Notes: generated from the letters alone by a model not told the origin. A stretch of 64,000 nt of DNA from Acidobacteriota bacterium (GCA_965263035.1 OZ253580.1:3488001-3552000); one strand, 5' to 3'. Positions 48,561 through 58,677 are shown, counted from the first letter of the stretch. Numbers and translations are program-made.

Positions 48561-49448
48561 TCAGTATTTCCTCCGGCGAGCGACCAGGTAGGAGCGCAGC
48601 GCCCGATCCAGCGGCTCCCTGGTATTCAGCAACTGGTAGTCGATGAAGATGTCGCGGCACTCCCGCCGAAGCTCCCGGATGTGGTTCTCCAGCAGGTCCA
48701 GGTACGCCCGCCGCGAGTCTCCGGGAACGTAGGGGAGGCGTTCGCCCGTCTCCAGGTCTTCCAGGGTTCTCACGGCCTCCAGCGGAAGCTCCAGTTCGAC
48801 CGGGTCCATAACGTGGAAAAGGACTACGTCGTTGCCCCGGTGGTGCAGGTAGTGGAGCGCCCGTGAAAGGGAGGCGACGTCCTGATAGAAGTCGCTGATC
48901 AGTACCACCATGCTCCGTTTTCGGATGAAGCGGGCGACTTGGCCCAGCGATTCGGTGATCTGGCTTTGCCCACCCGGTTGGAGCCGCTCCAAGAGGTGGA
49001 GAATGGACAGGAAATGCCGGTACTGGGCTCGTGGCGGCACCGCCTCCAGGACCTCCGAATCGAAGACGGCCAACCCGGTGGCGTCGTTCTGGCGAACGGC
49101 AAGATAGGCCAGCGAAGCCGCCAGGAAACGGGCGTAGTCCAGCTTCGACAGTCCAGCGCCGGCGAACGACATGCTTCGGCTGCTGTCCAGAATGATGTGC
49201 AGCTGAGTGTTGGTGTCTCCTTCGTACTTTTTCACGTAGAAGCGGTCGGTCCTCCCGTAGACCTTCCAGTCCACGGTCCGGATGTCGTCACCCGGCGCAT
49301 ACTGCCGGTATTCGGCGAAATCGAGACTGAACCCGTGGTAAGGAGAGCGGTGCATCCCCAGGATGAACCCTTCCACCACGGTCTTGGCCACGAGCTGCAG
49401 ATTGCCCAGTTTGGCCAGCAGGGTCGGATCGATGAATCTGGCTTGCAT
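48561..49448 (-). CDS. DUF58 domain protein
   Basis: GMHRSPYHGFSLDFAEYRQYAPGDDIRTVDWK, DSSRSM and ISDF. Confidence 0.95.
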   Translation of the reverse strand: MQARFIDPTLLAKLGNLQLVAKTVVEGFILGMHRSPYHGFSLDFAEYRQYAPGDDIRTVDWKVYGRTDRFYVKKYEGDTNTQLHIILDSSRSMSFAGAGLSKLDYARFLAASLAYLAVRQNDATGLAVFDSEVLEAVPPRAQYRHFLSILHLLERLQPGGQSQITESLGQVARFIRKRSMVVLISDFYQDVASLSRALHYLHHRGNDVVLFHVMDPVELELPLEAVRTLEDLETGERLPYVPGDSRRAYLDLLENHIRELRRECRDIFIDYQLLNTREPLDRALRSYLVARRRKY

Positions 49449-49475
49449 CGTTTCCAGGTTGAATTCCTCAGCGGG

Positions 49476-50501
49476 TCATAGTCCGGAGCCGGGGGGAGGA
49501 ACCCCCTCCAGGAGGCGCTGGACGATCTGGTCGGGGGTCACGTTCTCCGACTCGGCATGGAAGTTGATCAGGATCCGGTGGCGGAAGACCGAGAGGGCCA
49601 ACTTCCGGACGTCCTCGTAGGTGACGTGATAGCGGCCCTTCATCAGGGCTCGGGCCCTCCCTCCCAGAATCAGATACTGGGAAGCTCGGAGACTGGCGCC
49701 GTAGCTGACCCAGTTGCGGACGAAGTCGGGGGCCAGCTCGTCCCCGGGACGAGTGCTGCGGACCAGGCGGACCGCGTGGCGGATGACCGACTCCGAGGCC
49801 GGAACCTTGCGCACCAGCCGCTGGAAGCGAAGGATCTCATCCCCGGTGACGGCCTGCCGGATCTCCTCCTCTCCCTCCCCAGTAGTCTGGAGAACCACCT
49901 GGATCTCTTCTTCCTCATTCAGATAGCCGATGTGGATGTTGAACATGAAGCGGTCCAGCTGGGCCTCCGGAAGCGGGTACGTCCCCTCCAGCTCGATGGG
50001 GTTCTGGGTGGCCAGCACGAAGAATGGCAGGTCCAGTTCGTGCGTGATGCCCCGGATCGTGACCCTTCGTTCCTGCATGGCTTCCAACAGGGCCGCCTGG
50101 GTCTTGGGAGGCGTCCGGTTGATCTCGTCGGCCAGCAGAATGTTGGTGAAGACCGGGCCCGGCACGAACTCCAGCACCCGCTTCCCGGTGGCGCGATCCT
50201 CCTCGATGATCTCGGTGCCGGTGATGTCCGAAGGCATCAGATCGGGCGTGAATTGGATGCGGCTGAAGGAGAGGCCCAGGGTGTTGGCGATGCTGCGAAC
50301 CAGCAGGGTCTTGGCCAGGCCGGGCAGGCCGGTGATGAGGGAATGTCCTCCCACGTAGAGAGAGATGAGCACCTCTTCGATCACCTTCTCCTGTCCCACG
50401 ATGGCCTTGCGCAGCTCCGTCAGGATGCGGGCCTGCGAGTTCCGCATGGAATCGATCAGCTCGGCGGTGGAATCCTCCGATGGGCGGTCCTTTTCGTTCA
50501 T
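49476..50501 (-). CDS. moxR: MoxR family AAA+ ATPase
   Basis: Walker A GLPGLAKT, RIQFTPDLMPSD, Walker B LLADEINR and ATQNPIE.EGTYPLPEAQLDRF. Confidence 0.96.
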   Translation of the reverse strand: MNEKDRPSEDSTAELIDSMRNSQARILTELRKAIVGQEKVIEEVLISLYVGGHSLITGLPGLAKTLLVRSIANTLGLSFSRIQFTPDLMPSDITGTEIIEEDRATGKRVLEFVPGPVFTNILLADEINRTPPKTQAALLEAMQERRVTIRGITHELDLPFFVLATQNPIELEGTYPLPEAQLDRFMFNIHIGYLNEEEEIQVVLQTTGEGEEEIRQAVTGDEILRFQRLVRKVPASESVIRHAVRLVRSTRPGDELAPDFVRNWVSYGASLRASQYLILGGRARALMKGRYHVTYEDVRKLALSVFRHRILINFHAESENVTPDQIVQRLLEGVPPPGSGL

Positions 50502-50525
50502 TGTCGGTCCTCTGCCGTCCCGCGC

Positions 50526-51266
50526 TCAGTGCGTGAGGGCGTAGACGAAATAGTTGATTCCAAACTTGTAGGCCTCGTTCGAAGCGCTGATGGGGACCAG
50601 CGACTCGTCGGACCACTCCCAGTAGTCTCCGATGTCGTTGTTGAAATTGGCTACGGCAACAAGGCGGCCGTCCTCGTCCGAAAGGCCGTAGAATCGAGGC
50701 TTCCCCGGGACGTTGTAGGGCGGCAGCATGTCCAGGCTGTCGATATCGTAGAAGCAATGGAACACCGGATGATCCGTCGTCAGCTCTTCGAAGCCGCGCT
50801 CCGGAAACACCTGCTGCATGGAAGACGTGAAATTGTGCCAGTCTCCGGCGCCGCGAAAGTCGTCGAAAACGACGAAACCTCCCCGCAGCAGGTATTCGCG
50901 GAGATTGGCCGTCTCCTCGCCGGTGATGTTCCAGTAGCCCGGCTCGCTCACGTACAGGGCCGGGTAATTCATGATGCGAGGGTCGTTCAGATCCAGCACC
51001 AGGTAGGATTCGGGCGTGGTTTCGATTCCCGTCAGTTCCATGAAGATCTTTAGGAAGTTCTGCTCGGCCCGCGGGTAATCGTGCATCCAGGGGGGGACCC
51101 ATCGTCCGCGCCCTCCGCCCCAACTCGAGACGAATCCGTTGTAGCGGATCCGCACGAACTGAAAGAGAGTGGAGTCGTTGGGCTCCGGGTCCGCGGAAAC
51201 CTCCGGACCGTAGCTCAGGAGCAGTGGCGCGGCCAGCAGCAGAACCCAGGGAAGGTGTCGCTTCAT
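50526..51266 (-). CDS. DUF4159 domain protein, secreted
   Basis: FVRIRY, W.HDYPRAE, LREYLLRGGFVVFDDF, HPVFHCFY, NNDIGDYWEW and GINYFVYALTH. Confidence 0.88.
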   Translation of the reverse strand: MKRHLPWVLLLAAPLLLSYGPEVSADPEPNDSTLFQFVRIRYNGFVSSWGGGRGRWVPPWMHDYPRAEQNFLKIFMELTGIETTPESYLVLDLNDPRIMNYPALYVSEPGYWNITGEETANLREYLLRGGFVVFDDFRGAGDWHNFTSSMQQVFPERGFEELTTDHPVFHCFYDIDSLDMLPPYNVPGKPRFYGLSDEDGRLVAVANFNNDIGDYWEWSDESLVPISASNEAYKFGINYFVYALTH

Positions 51267-53707
51267 CGTCGCACCAGCTCCAGCAGGAACTTCTGGGCGT
51301 CCCGGTACCCGGGGGCGATCTCCAGGGCCAGCAGCACCTGGCGGCGGGCCTGAGCCTTGTCGCCGGCCAGGTCCAGGGCGCGGGCCAACCGGTAGTGGGC
51401 GTCCGCCGTGTCCAGCGGCGACAGTTCCAGCAGGACCCGGTATTCCCCCGCCGCTTCCGCTCCCCTTCCCAGTTGCAGGTAAAGACTGCCCAGCAGCCGG
51501 TGAACCTCGGGGTTCAGAGTATCGGCATAAAGGACCTCTTCCAACACGCGGGCCGCCGGTTCCACCTGATTTTCCGCAGCCAGCAGCCGGGCCAGCTCAA
51601 GGCCGTTTTCCGCCAGTTGGGGTGCCGCCCGGAACCACTGGTCCAGGATCGGGATCAACTGGGCGGTGTCGCCGCTCCTCCTGTGAATCCGGGCCAGCAG
51701 TGAGTAGGGGCTCTCCGAGGTGGCGAAGTCGGGAAAGGTCCGAATCGCCCGCTCCAGAAAGGGCACGGCCTCATCGCTCCTTCCGGCCTCGTCCAGAGTC
51801 TCACCCAGGGCCAGGTTCAGGAAGTAATTCTCCTCGTCCTGGCTCGCCGCCTCCAGCAGAGATTTCAGATACTCGTCCCGTGACTGGCTCTTGCCCCGGC
51901 CCCCCAGGATCGCCGCCGGCTTCAGGCGGGAGACCAGTGGTTTCAGGGTCCGGTCCAGCTCCTGTAGAAAATCCTGGTCGAAGTCGGCTGCGGAGATCCC
52001 CAACGCTTCCTGGAAGGATTCCTCCAGGTCGAGTCCCCGGGAAAAGCCCTCCACCAGCGCCCGCACCTTTTCGGTCCCGTGGCGGTCCGCCATATACCGG
52101 CACGCCAATCCGGCCTGAAGATAGCTGATCTGCAGGTGCTCGCGAGTCCGAGGACTCTCGAATCCCTTGTTCAGATCCTTCAGGGAGGCGATCTCCCCCC
52201 GTTCGTAGGCTCTCACCAGGGAAGGACTCAAACCATCGCCCCAGCCCGGTCCCGCAAGGCGTTCCTCCATCATGGAGATCCCTTCGGTGAGCCAACGGGG
52301 CACCCGGTCCCGGCTCAGCGAGAGGATGACCACGTGGGCCATCTCGTGCCACAGCGTCGATCCCCAGTGATAGGTTCCCTTGGGACGCGCCGAGGGAGAG
52401 TCCATGGCCAGGATGCGGCCGAAGGTGGCTCCGAAAGCGCCCAGTCCCGGAAGGCCCAGGGCCCGGACGGCGAAGTCTTCGTGGTCCGGATAGAACTCGA
52501 CCAGGAACTTGTGGCCGACCTGGTGCCGGTACTTCTCCTCCAGAACCGAAATGCTCCGGTCCAGAAGTCTCTTCACGTAGGGCTCCAGGGCCCCGGCCTC
52601 CTTCCCGTGCAGCCGGAGCCAATACCGGGGCGTCTCGTGGCGGACGAACCGGTCGAAGCTGTCCACCAGGCGCAGCGTGTTCACGGTAGAGACGTTGTAG
52701 GGGTCGTTTTCGTAGGCTCGCTCCAGGACCTTTTTGCCCTCCTCCTCCTGGGCCATTCTCAACAGATTGACCCCCAGAGCGGCGAGGGCCGGCCATTCTC
52801 CGGGATTCCTCCGCACGGCCTCGCGGTAGTATTCGATGGCTTCGTCCATGCGGCGCCGGAGGGCGGCGAAATCTCCCATGATCCGGTACAGGTTCCCGTT
52901 TCGGGGATTGATCTCCAGGAGGTTCCGCAGGCGTTCCTCGAAACGCTCCGGCTGCTCCTGGAAATGAAGCAGGACGCAGTCGAGTTCCAGCAGGGGGACG
53001 TAGTTGGGGTTCCCGTCGAGTCCCCTTTCGATCCAGTCCCGGGCTTCTTTCCAGTCGCCGGCCTCCATGGCCAACAGCCCTTTGAGGACGTGCCCGTCCA
53101 GGTTGCCGGGGTTCTCCTTGAGGACGTGGTCCAGGGCCACGTCCACCCCGGCCATCTGCTGGGCCTTGAGGGCGCGCGCCAACCCGAGTCGAGCGTCGTC
53201 GGTTCCCCAACGGGACCACCCGTCTTGCGGAGAGGCCTTGAGACCATCACGAAAAATGGACTCGGCCTCAGCGCCGTTGTGTTTCTCCAGGTACAGGTTG
53301 CCCCAGTCCACGTACAGCCAGAGGGGCGCCCCGGCGCCGCGAGCCGCCTCCAGGTAGAGTTGGTTGGCCCGCTTCCATTGCTCCAATTGCCAGGCTGCGT
53401 AGGCGGCCTCCGCGACTTCTCCCGGGGATCGAAGAGCGCCCGTGTCGTAGAGATCGAGCAGGCGTCCGGCGAGGCGCCGCACACCCTCCTCGTCTCCGCC
53501 GCGCGCCGCAAGCTCCAGGCGGAGCCGCAAGACGTGGGGGTTCCGGTCTCCAGCGGTTGAGAGCCGTTCCCGCGCCGCTTCGTACGATCCCGCCGCCGTC
53601 AGATCCAGGACCTCGCCCAGCGGGGCGGGCGACTCCTGCCGGAAAGCGGCCGCCGCCAGCAATCCGGCCAGGAGAAGGAATCGAGTCGCCCCGAGAGCTC
53701 CGGTCAA
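51263..53707 (-). CDS. TPR protein with internal gluzincin (peptidase MA-like) domain
   Basis: TPR arrays flank HEMAH..PRWLTEG (HExxH plus downstream Glu). Confidence 0.85.
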   Translation of the reverse strand: MTGALGATRFLLLAGLLAAAAFRQESPAPLGEVLDLTAAGSYEAARERLSTAGDRNPHVLRLRLELAARGGDEEGVRRLAGRLLDLYDTGALRSPGEVAEAAYAAWQLEQWKRANQLYLEAARGAGAPLWLYVDWGNLYLEKHNGAEAESIFRDGLKASPQDGWSRWGTDDARLGLARALKAQQMAGVDVALDHVLKENPGNLDGHVLKGLLAMEAGDWKEARDWIERGLDGNPNYVPLLELDCVLLHFQEQPERFEERLRNLLEINPRNGNLYRIMGDFAALRRRMDEAIEYYREAVRRNPGEWPALAALGVNLLRMAQEEEGKKVLERAYENDPYNVSTVNTLRLVDSFDRFVRHETPRYWLRLHGKEAGALEPYVKRLLDRSISVLEEKYRHQVGHKFLVEFYPDHEDFAVRALGLPGLGAFGATFGRILAMDSPSARPKGTYHWGSTLWHEMAHVVILSLSRDRVPRWLTEGISMMEERLAGPGWGDGLSPSLVRAYERGEIASLKDLNKGFESPRTREHLQISYLQAGLACRYMADRHGTEKVRALVEGFSRGLDLEESFQEALGISAADFDQDFLQELDRTLKPLVSRLKPAAILGGRGKSQSRDEYLKSLLEAASQDEENYFLNLALGETLDEAGRSDEAVPFLERAIRTFPDFATSESPYSLLARIHRRSGDTAQLIPILDQWFRAAPQLAENGLELARLLAAENQVEPAARVLEEVLYADTLNPEVHRLLGSLYLQLGRGAEAAGEYRVLLELSPLDTADAHYRLARALDLAGDKAQARRQVLLALEIAPGYRDAQKFLLELVRR

Positions 53708-54711
53708 GGCTGGACCTCCTCTGCGGCGGCGCCATCGGTCTCCTCCTCGTTCGCGGCCAGCTCCACCATCAGCGCTTCCAGTCTCCGGTAGTATTCCTGC
53801 TCCGTGTACTCTTCCTTTCGCAGCTTGAGTTCGTCGATCTGCTGCTGGATCCGGGCCCGGCTCTCGGCTCGGTTCCGTTCCTCCGGAAGCGAATCAGGCC
53901 CGCTCGCCGGGTCCAGATAGCAGACAGCCGCCAGCAGTCCGGTTCCCTGCCGGACCTCTTCCCGGGAATCGTCGTCCCCCTGGGCCAGTTGAAATCGGGC
54001 GGAGTCGTCCAGGATGGCGTGCTCGGTCTGGATCCTGCCCGCTTCCTCGAACCAGGCGCTCACCCTTCGGCGGCTATACAGAAAGGCTTCCAGAAGCGAC
54101 ACGCGATTGTTCTTGTCCCGGTCGGCATCCGGCGATGCCGGGGCTTCGGCGAAGAAACGGGGAAACAGGGGAGGTTGCCGCTCACGCTCCCGGGTCGCGG
54201 CCACAATCACTCGATTGGCGCCTCTCAGAGCCGGGACCAGGGCGCCGGCCGAGCTGGTCCCCGCAATGACCACGGCTCTGGGGCCGTCCAGTCCCTCGAG
54301 GAGCCGCCCCAGGTCCTGGTCCGTGAGATCGGGACCCTTGATGTTGAACTTGTAACGCCGGCCGTCATAGTTGCCGTGTCCGACCAGAACCAGCCACCAC
54401 TCACCCTCGGGGGAGAGCTTGCCCACCTCCTCCCGGGCGGTCTGGAGGATCTCCTCCCGGGTCCGGACGCTCCCGTCGATCCGCAACACTCGGGACCGGT
54501 CGCCCTGAAACGCTTCCTCCAAGCGGCTGGCCCAAGCGGCGAAATTGGCTCCGTATTCCGGAATTCCGGCGAGTCCCGTGACGATGAGGCTGATGCGATT
54601 GAGACTCTCTCCCCGGGTTGGAGAGGAGCAGAGCATCAGCACCCAGAGCAGCGCCGCGGCGCCTCCGGCACCGAATTTCAAGTACGTCCCCTGCGGCGTC
54701 GACCTGGCCAC
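53704..54711 (-). CDS. Secreted caspase/legumain-like fold protein
   Basis: LVLVGHG, VIVAAT and ADRDKNNRVSLLEAF resemble bacterial clan CD proteins. No Cys at the expected nucleophile position. Confidence 0.6.
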   Translation of the reverse strand: MARSTPQGTYLKFGAGGAAALLWVLMLCSSPTRGESLNRISLIVTGLAGIPEYGANFAAWASRLEEAFQGDRSRVLRIDGSVRTREEILQTAREEVGKLSPEGEWWLVLVGHGNYDGRRYKFNIKGPDLTDQDLGRLLEGLDGPRAVVIAGTSSAGALVPALRGANRVIVAATRERERQPPLFPRFFAEAPASPDADRDKNNRVSLLEAFLYSRRRVSAWFEEAGRIQTEHAILDDSARFQLAQGDDDSREEVRQGTGLLAAVCYLDPASGPDSLPEERNRAESRARIQQQIDELKLRKEEYTEQEYYRRLEALMVELAANEEETDGAAAEEVQP

Positions 54712-54717
54712 GGCCGG

Positions 54718-57009
54718 TTATATTCCTCCCAGGCGCCGCCACATCACCCATTCCGTCATCAGCAGAGCGGCCAGCAGCAGAAAGTTTACCGGCATGTCCC
54801 ACAACTCCAGAGTCTGGGGGACGGAGGCGTGGGATTCGACGTACGAAACCTCCTCCGGAAGATTCCCGACGTCGTCCAGACTGTAATAGTGGCCTCCCGT
54901 CTCCTGGGCCAGCCAGTTCAGAAACTCGACCTTGCGGGTGGCGTCGTGGAACTCCCTCAGGCCGGATTGCGCCAGGAAGTAGGCGTCCCCGGTCCCATAG
55001 GAGATCACGCCCGCGCCCCTGCCCCCTTCCGCCTCCAACCTGATCTGGTGGAGCCCCTCTTCCTCGGGACGGGTCGCCCCTTCATAGATTCCGCCGTCCC
55101 GGGGACTCCAGTCCAACTCGATCGCGGTTTCGCGGCCCGCCGGAGAGACCAGGGTCGCTGCGAGACGCGCCGACTGGACTGGGTTGAAGGTGGGATCGTA
55201 GACCTGAGCCCGGACCTTGACCTCCTCGCCGTGGGAGTAGATCTCCCGTTCCGTTTCCACTTCCACGGGGTCCTTGGCCGCGTTCACGAGCCAACGCAGG
55301 ACCTGTTGCCAGAAGTTCTGGTGAGACCGGTCCTCATGCTCCTGGAGCATCTGCCAACGCCAACTGCTGCCGGTGAGGAAGGCCATGGCCAAGCCCCGCC
55401 CGTAGCGCTGGAAGACCATCAGCGGGACCTCCGTACCATCCTGGGAATCCTGGAGGCGGGCCAGGACCGTGGCCCCGGGCTTGAGGCTCCCCACCCGATT
55501 CCAGTCCTTGAGATCGGGCATCTCTTCCCACTCCCGGCGGTTCACCGCTTCCCCGGCGCCCAGTTGCAGGGCGGGATGCCTGAGTCCTTGGGGAGTCAAC
55601 TGGACCCGGGCCGATCCCCGCCGGTAGAGGGTGTCGGACGGCGCCCGCTCTCCGTCGGGCAACATCCATACCGGCAACAGCTCCTCGACCGGCGTGTTCT
55701 GGTATTCCCCGGCGGAAAAAGAGGAACTGCCTCCCAACATGAGGAAACCTCCGCCCCTCTTGTCCACGAAATCCCGGAGCATCTCCATTTGAGGATAGGT
55801 GAAGAAAGAGGATTCCACGCTCCCCACCATCAGGGCCCGGTACGAGAACAACTCCTCCCGGGTCGAAGGAAAGCCGGCCGCCAGAGTGCTCTCCTCCTCG
55901 ATGCCCTGCCGATAGTATTTGTTGATGGCGGTTCGCAACAGACTCTCCAGCCGCAGGTGACGGTCGCCGGAAATCGCGCTCCGAATGAACTTGTATTCCC
56001 AACGGGGACGCCCTTCCACGTACAGAATGCGGTTCTCCAGGTCCCGGACGCGAAGCACCGCCGATCGTTCGTTGTTCTCCTGCAGGGCCTCATCCTCGAG
56101 TGGCTGAATCCGAAAGCGGTAGATTCGAATGCCTCTGCTTCGAGGGGTCAGCGGGACCTCCACCAGGGCCGTCTGAGAAAACGGCAGCTTCACTTCCTGA
56201 GCCTGAAGCAGCGAGTTTCCCTCCCAGACCTCCAGACGGCTCTCACGGCCCTGGAAGCCGTTGATCCGGAGCGTGACCCTGGCAATGGTCCGGGCCTCGG
56301 GAACCAGAACCCGGGGAAGGCTCACCTGGGCCAGCTCCAGGTCGGGCTCCAGCGTCCGCGGCCCCACCCCCACGGCGTGAACCGGAATCCTTCGGGACTG
56401 GAGATCGGCCAGGACCTCCTTGAAGCCGCCGAAGCCGTTGTCCGCACCGTCGCTGAAGAGAACGATGCCCCCCAGGGCCTCGTGCCGGGTGCGGGTCAGA
56501 ACATCCCGGAGGGCGCCTGCGATATCGGTGCGGTTCCCGCGCCAGTCCAGTCCCGCGTCCTCGCTCAGCAGACGGGACTCGGCATCGAACTCCATCCGGA
56601 GCAGGCGAAATCGATCATCGAGGCCTTGGCGCAACGGGCTGCCGGCCTCCAGGAGCGTCCGAACCGGCTCGCCTCGCGCCGTTTCTCCGTCGGAAATGCC
56701 CATGCTCAAGGAGTTGTCGACCAGCAGAGCCAACACGTTTTCCCGCGGCGCCAGGGTGGAGAGCACCAGGCTGGGCCGCATCAGCAGCACCATGATTCCC
56801 AGGAGAAACGCCGCTCTGGCGGCCGGCAGGATCCACCCTCGAGCGGCGGCCCGACCCAGCCATCGCCGGTACGGCAGCCACGCGGCGAGGAGGGCGGCGC
56901 AAACCAGGATCGCCAACAGCCACGCCTCCAGACGCCACTGCAGGAGGAACTCCCCCTCCCTGAAGTGGAAGGGCCGGTATTTGAAGAAAAAGGTGAAGAT
57001 CTGCTCCAT
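54718..57009 (-). CDS. Membrane protein with VWA and class I glutamine amidotransferase-like domains
   Basis: MIDAS DNSLS, LFSDG, EGRPRWEYKF, GGGFLMLGG, YGRG..WRW and C-terminal TM EW..RR.G. Confidence 0.85.
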   Translation of the reverse strand: MEQIFTFFFKYRPFHFREGEFLLQWRLEAWLLAILVCAALLAAWLPYRRWLGRAAARGWILPAARAAFLLGIMVLLMRPSLVLSTLAPRENVLALLVDNSLSMGISDGETARGEPVRTLLEAGSPLRQGLDDRFRLLRMEFDAESRLLSEDAGLDWRGNRTDIAGALRDVLTRTRHEALGGIVLFSDGADNGFGGFKEVLADLQSRRIPVHAVGVGPRTLEPDLELAQVSLPRVLVPEARTIARVTLRINGFQGRESRLEVWEGNSLLQAQEVKLPFSQTALVEVPLTPRSRGIRIYRFRIQPLEDEALQENNERSAVLRVRDLENRILYVEGRPRWEYKFIRSAISGDRHLRLESLLRTAINKYYRQGIEEESTLAAGFPSTREELFSYRALMVGSVESSFFTYPQMEMLRDFVDKRGGGFLMLGGSSSFSAGEYQNTPVEELLPVWMLPDGERAPSDTLYRRGSARVQLTPQGLRHPALQLGAGEAVNRREWEEMPDLKDWNRVGSLKPGATVLARLQDSQDGTEVPLMVFQRYGRGLAMAFLTGSSWRWQMLQEHEDRSHQNFWQQVLRWLVNAAKDPVEVETEREIYSHGEEVKVRAQVYDPTFNPVQSARLAATLVSPAGRETAIELDWSPRDGGIYEGATRPEEEGLHQIRLEAEGGRGAGVISYGTGDAYFLAQSGLREFHDATRKVEFLNWLAQETGGHYYSLDDVGNLPEEVSYVESHASVPQTLELWDMPVNFLLLAALLMTEWVMWRRLGGI

Positions 57010-57106
57010 GGGGGCCGTGGCCCGCCGCCTCCGGCGGATGCAGTCCAAGACGGAATTCGATTGCTCCCGCCCAGTCTACTACGCCGGCCTTGCCGCCCAA
57101 CACATT

Positions 57107-57136
57107 TTGACATTTGGCGAAAAGCTAACCTAGAAT
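57107..57136 (+). promoter_or_regulatory. sigma70-type promoter of carD
   Basis: TTGACA-N18-TAGAAT, about 130 bp upstream of the start codon. Confidence 0.7.
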
Positions 57137-57266
57137 GAGATAGCCAATCCATCTGGGCGATATGGGCAGGTCTTTGGTTCGGGTTTCCCGGCTTCAGTCT
57201 TGGGCGTTTCGTCCCATTGGCGGCTTGGGCTGTCGCGGTTCCCACACCGCAGTCTCGGAGGAGCGA

Positions 57267-57782
57267 ATGGAATTCAAGGTTGGAGAGAAAGTTGTCTATC
57301 CGAATCAGGGCGTCGGCGTAATCCAGCAGGTACTCGAGACTCGGATCGCCGGTCAGCAGGACGAATTCTACATGCTGAAGCTCACCTCCAACAATTCGAC
57401 CGTGATGGTTCCCACCGCCAACGCTCTCCACGTCGGCCTGCGAAAGCTCTGCACGGAGAAGCAGTTGGGCGAGCTGTTCGAGATTTTGAGTAACGAGATC
57501 GCCAAGCCGGATTCGGATTGGAAGAGCCGCTACAAGGAAAACGTCAACAAGATGAAGTCGGGTTCCATCTTCGAAGTGGCCGAGGTGCTCAAGAATCTCT
57601 ACTGCCTGAACCTGCAGAAAACCCTCTCGTTCCGCGAGAAGAAGATGTTCGACCGGGCCCGCCAACTGGTGGTTTCGGAGATCGCGACGGTGCAGGACGA
57701 GCCGGATGAGAAGATCGCGGAGCACGTGGAGAAGATGCTCAGCGCGGCCTGCGAAGGAACCAACCCCAGCCTCCCCTCGTGA
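57267..57782 (+). CDS. carD: CarD family transcriptional regulator
   Basis: FKVGEKVVYPNQGVG, VMVP, GLR, WKSRY and LSFREKKM. GGAGG RBS. Confidence 0.93.
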   Translation: MEFKVGEKVVYPNQGVGVIQQVLETRIAGQQDEFYMLKLTSNNSTVMVPTANALHVGLRKLCTEKQLGELFEILSNEIAKPDSDWKSRYKENVNKMKSGSIFEVAEVLKNLYCLNLQKTLSFREKKMFDRARQLVVSEIATVQDEPDEKIAEHVEKMLSAACEGTNPSLPS

Positions 57783-58302
57783 AACCGTTCCGACTGCGCC
57801 GCACTCGGGTCTGAACGTCGTTCGTTCTCAACTATTTCCAATCCTCTTCCTGAGACCCCCGATTATTCGGGGATCGGCGATACCGGCCTGGAGTCTTGTC
57901 CCCCTCCAGAGAGTGGTCTGGGCTGAAACCGAGGGGGACTGGAAGCGGCGCTCGACCAGGGGTGTCCAGGAAGGCCCGATGGCGGAGGGGAATCGTCACG
58001 GGCAGTGGATCTATCGCGGACGGACGGAGGGGGCGCACGGTCACCGTCAAAAACGACCAGCGGCTGGACTGAGGCCCCTGGCGGGAAGGGATGTCCTCCC
58101 GCCGAAACGCCCGAAGCGCTTTGAGATGTCTTTCGCGAGGCTCTCCGTGCCGGCCCGGCTGTGAGATCCTCTCCCGGGGGACATCTCCCCACAACTCCGA
58201 ACCATCCGATCTGAAACGGGCGGATGAGCGCGAAGCTCTTCCACCATCGCCGGGAACGCAATGGCGCCGTAAGCGTTCTGCCCGGTGGGCCCGAATCTGA
58301 CG

Positions 58303-58677
58303 TCACTCGCCGGGTGCGCCGGCAGTTCGAAGGAGACTCATCGCGTAGACAATGCTGATGACGGGAACAACCGAGAATACCAACGCAAGTTCCCAGTCTC
58401 CCTTCACGGCACCTGCGGCAATCCTTTGCGCAAGGGCCAGGTCGGCGATCACGATCACGAGGAGGAATGCGGCGATTGCGAGGGTGGCGATCCTGGTGAG
58501 ACGGGGCGCCAGCACCAGCAGAATAACTCCTGCAGCGCCAAGGGGATGAAGCAGCACCACTAGCAGTCGTTGCCAGACCCCGCCACCGTTAGCGAATGCT
58601 CCGACCAGGGCCGTAAATCCTGCCAACAACGCGTGGATCACAGCCAGAATCAACAGCAGAATTCGAAAACTGGACAT
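58303..58677 (-). CDS. Small membrane protein with about 4 TM segments
   Basis: 124-aa strongly hydrophobic ORF from ATG 58677. Confidence 0.7.
   Translation of the reverse strand: MSSFRILLLILAVIHALLAGFTALVGAFANGGGVWQRLLVVLLHPLGAAGVILLVLAPRLTRIATLAIAAFLLVIVIADLALAQRIAAGAVKGDWELALVFSVVPVISIVYAMSLLRTAGAPGE

Noticed and set aside
53557-57138. 1193-aa plus-strand ORF
   Set aside because: Antisense shadow of two same-frame minus-strand genes; no recognisable motifs. Long shadow ORFs are common in GC-rich DNA.
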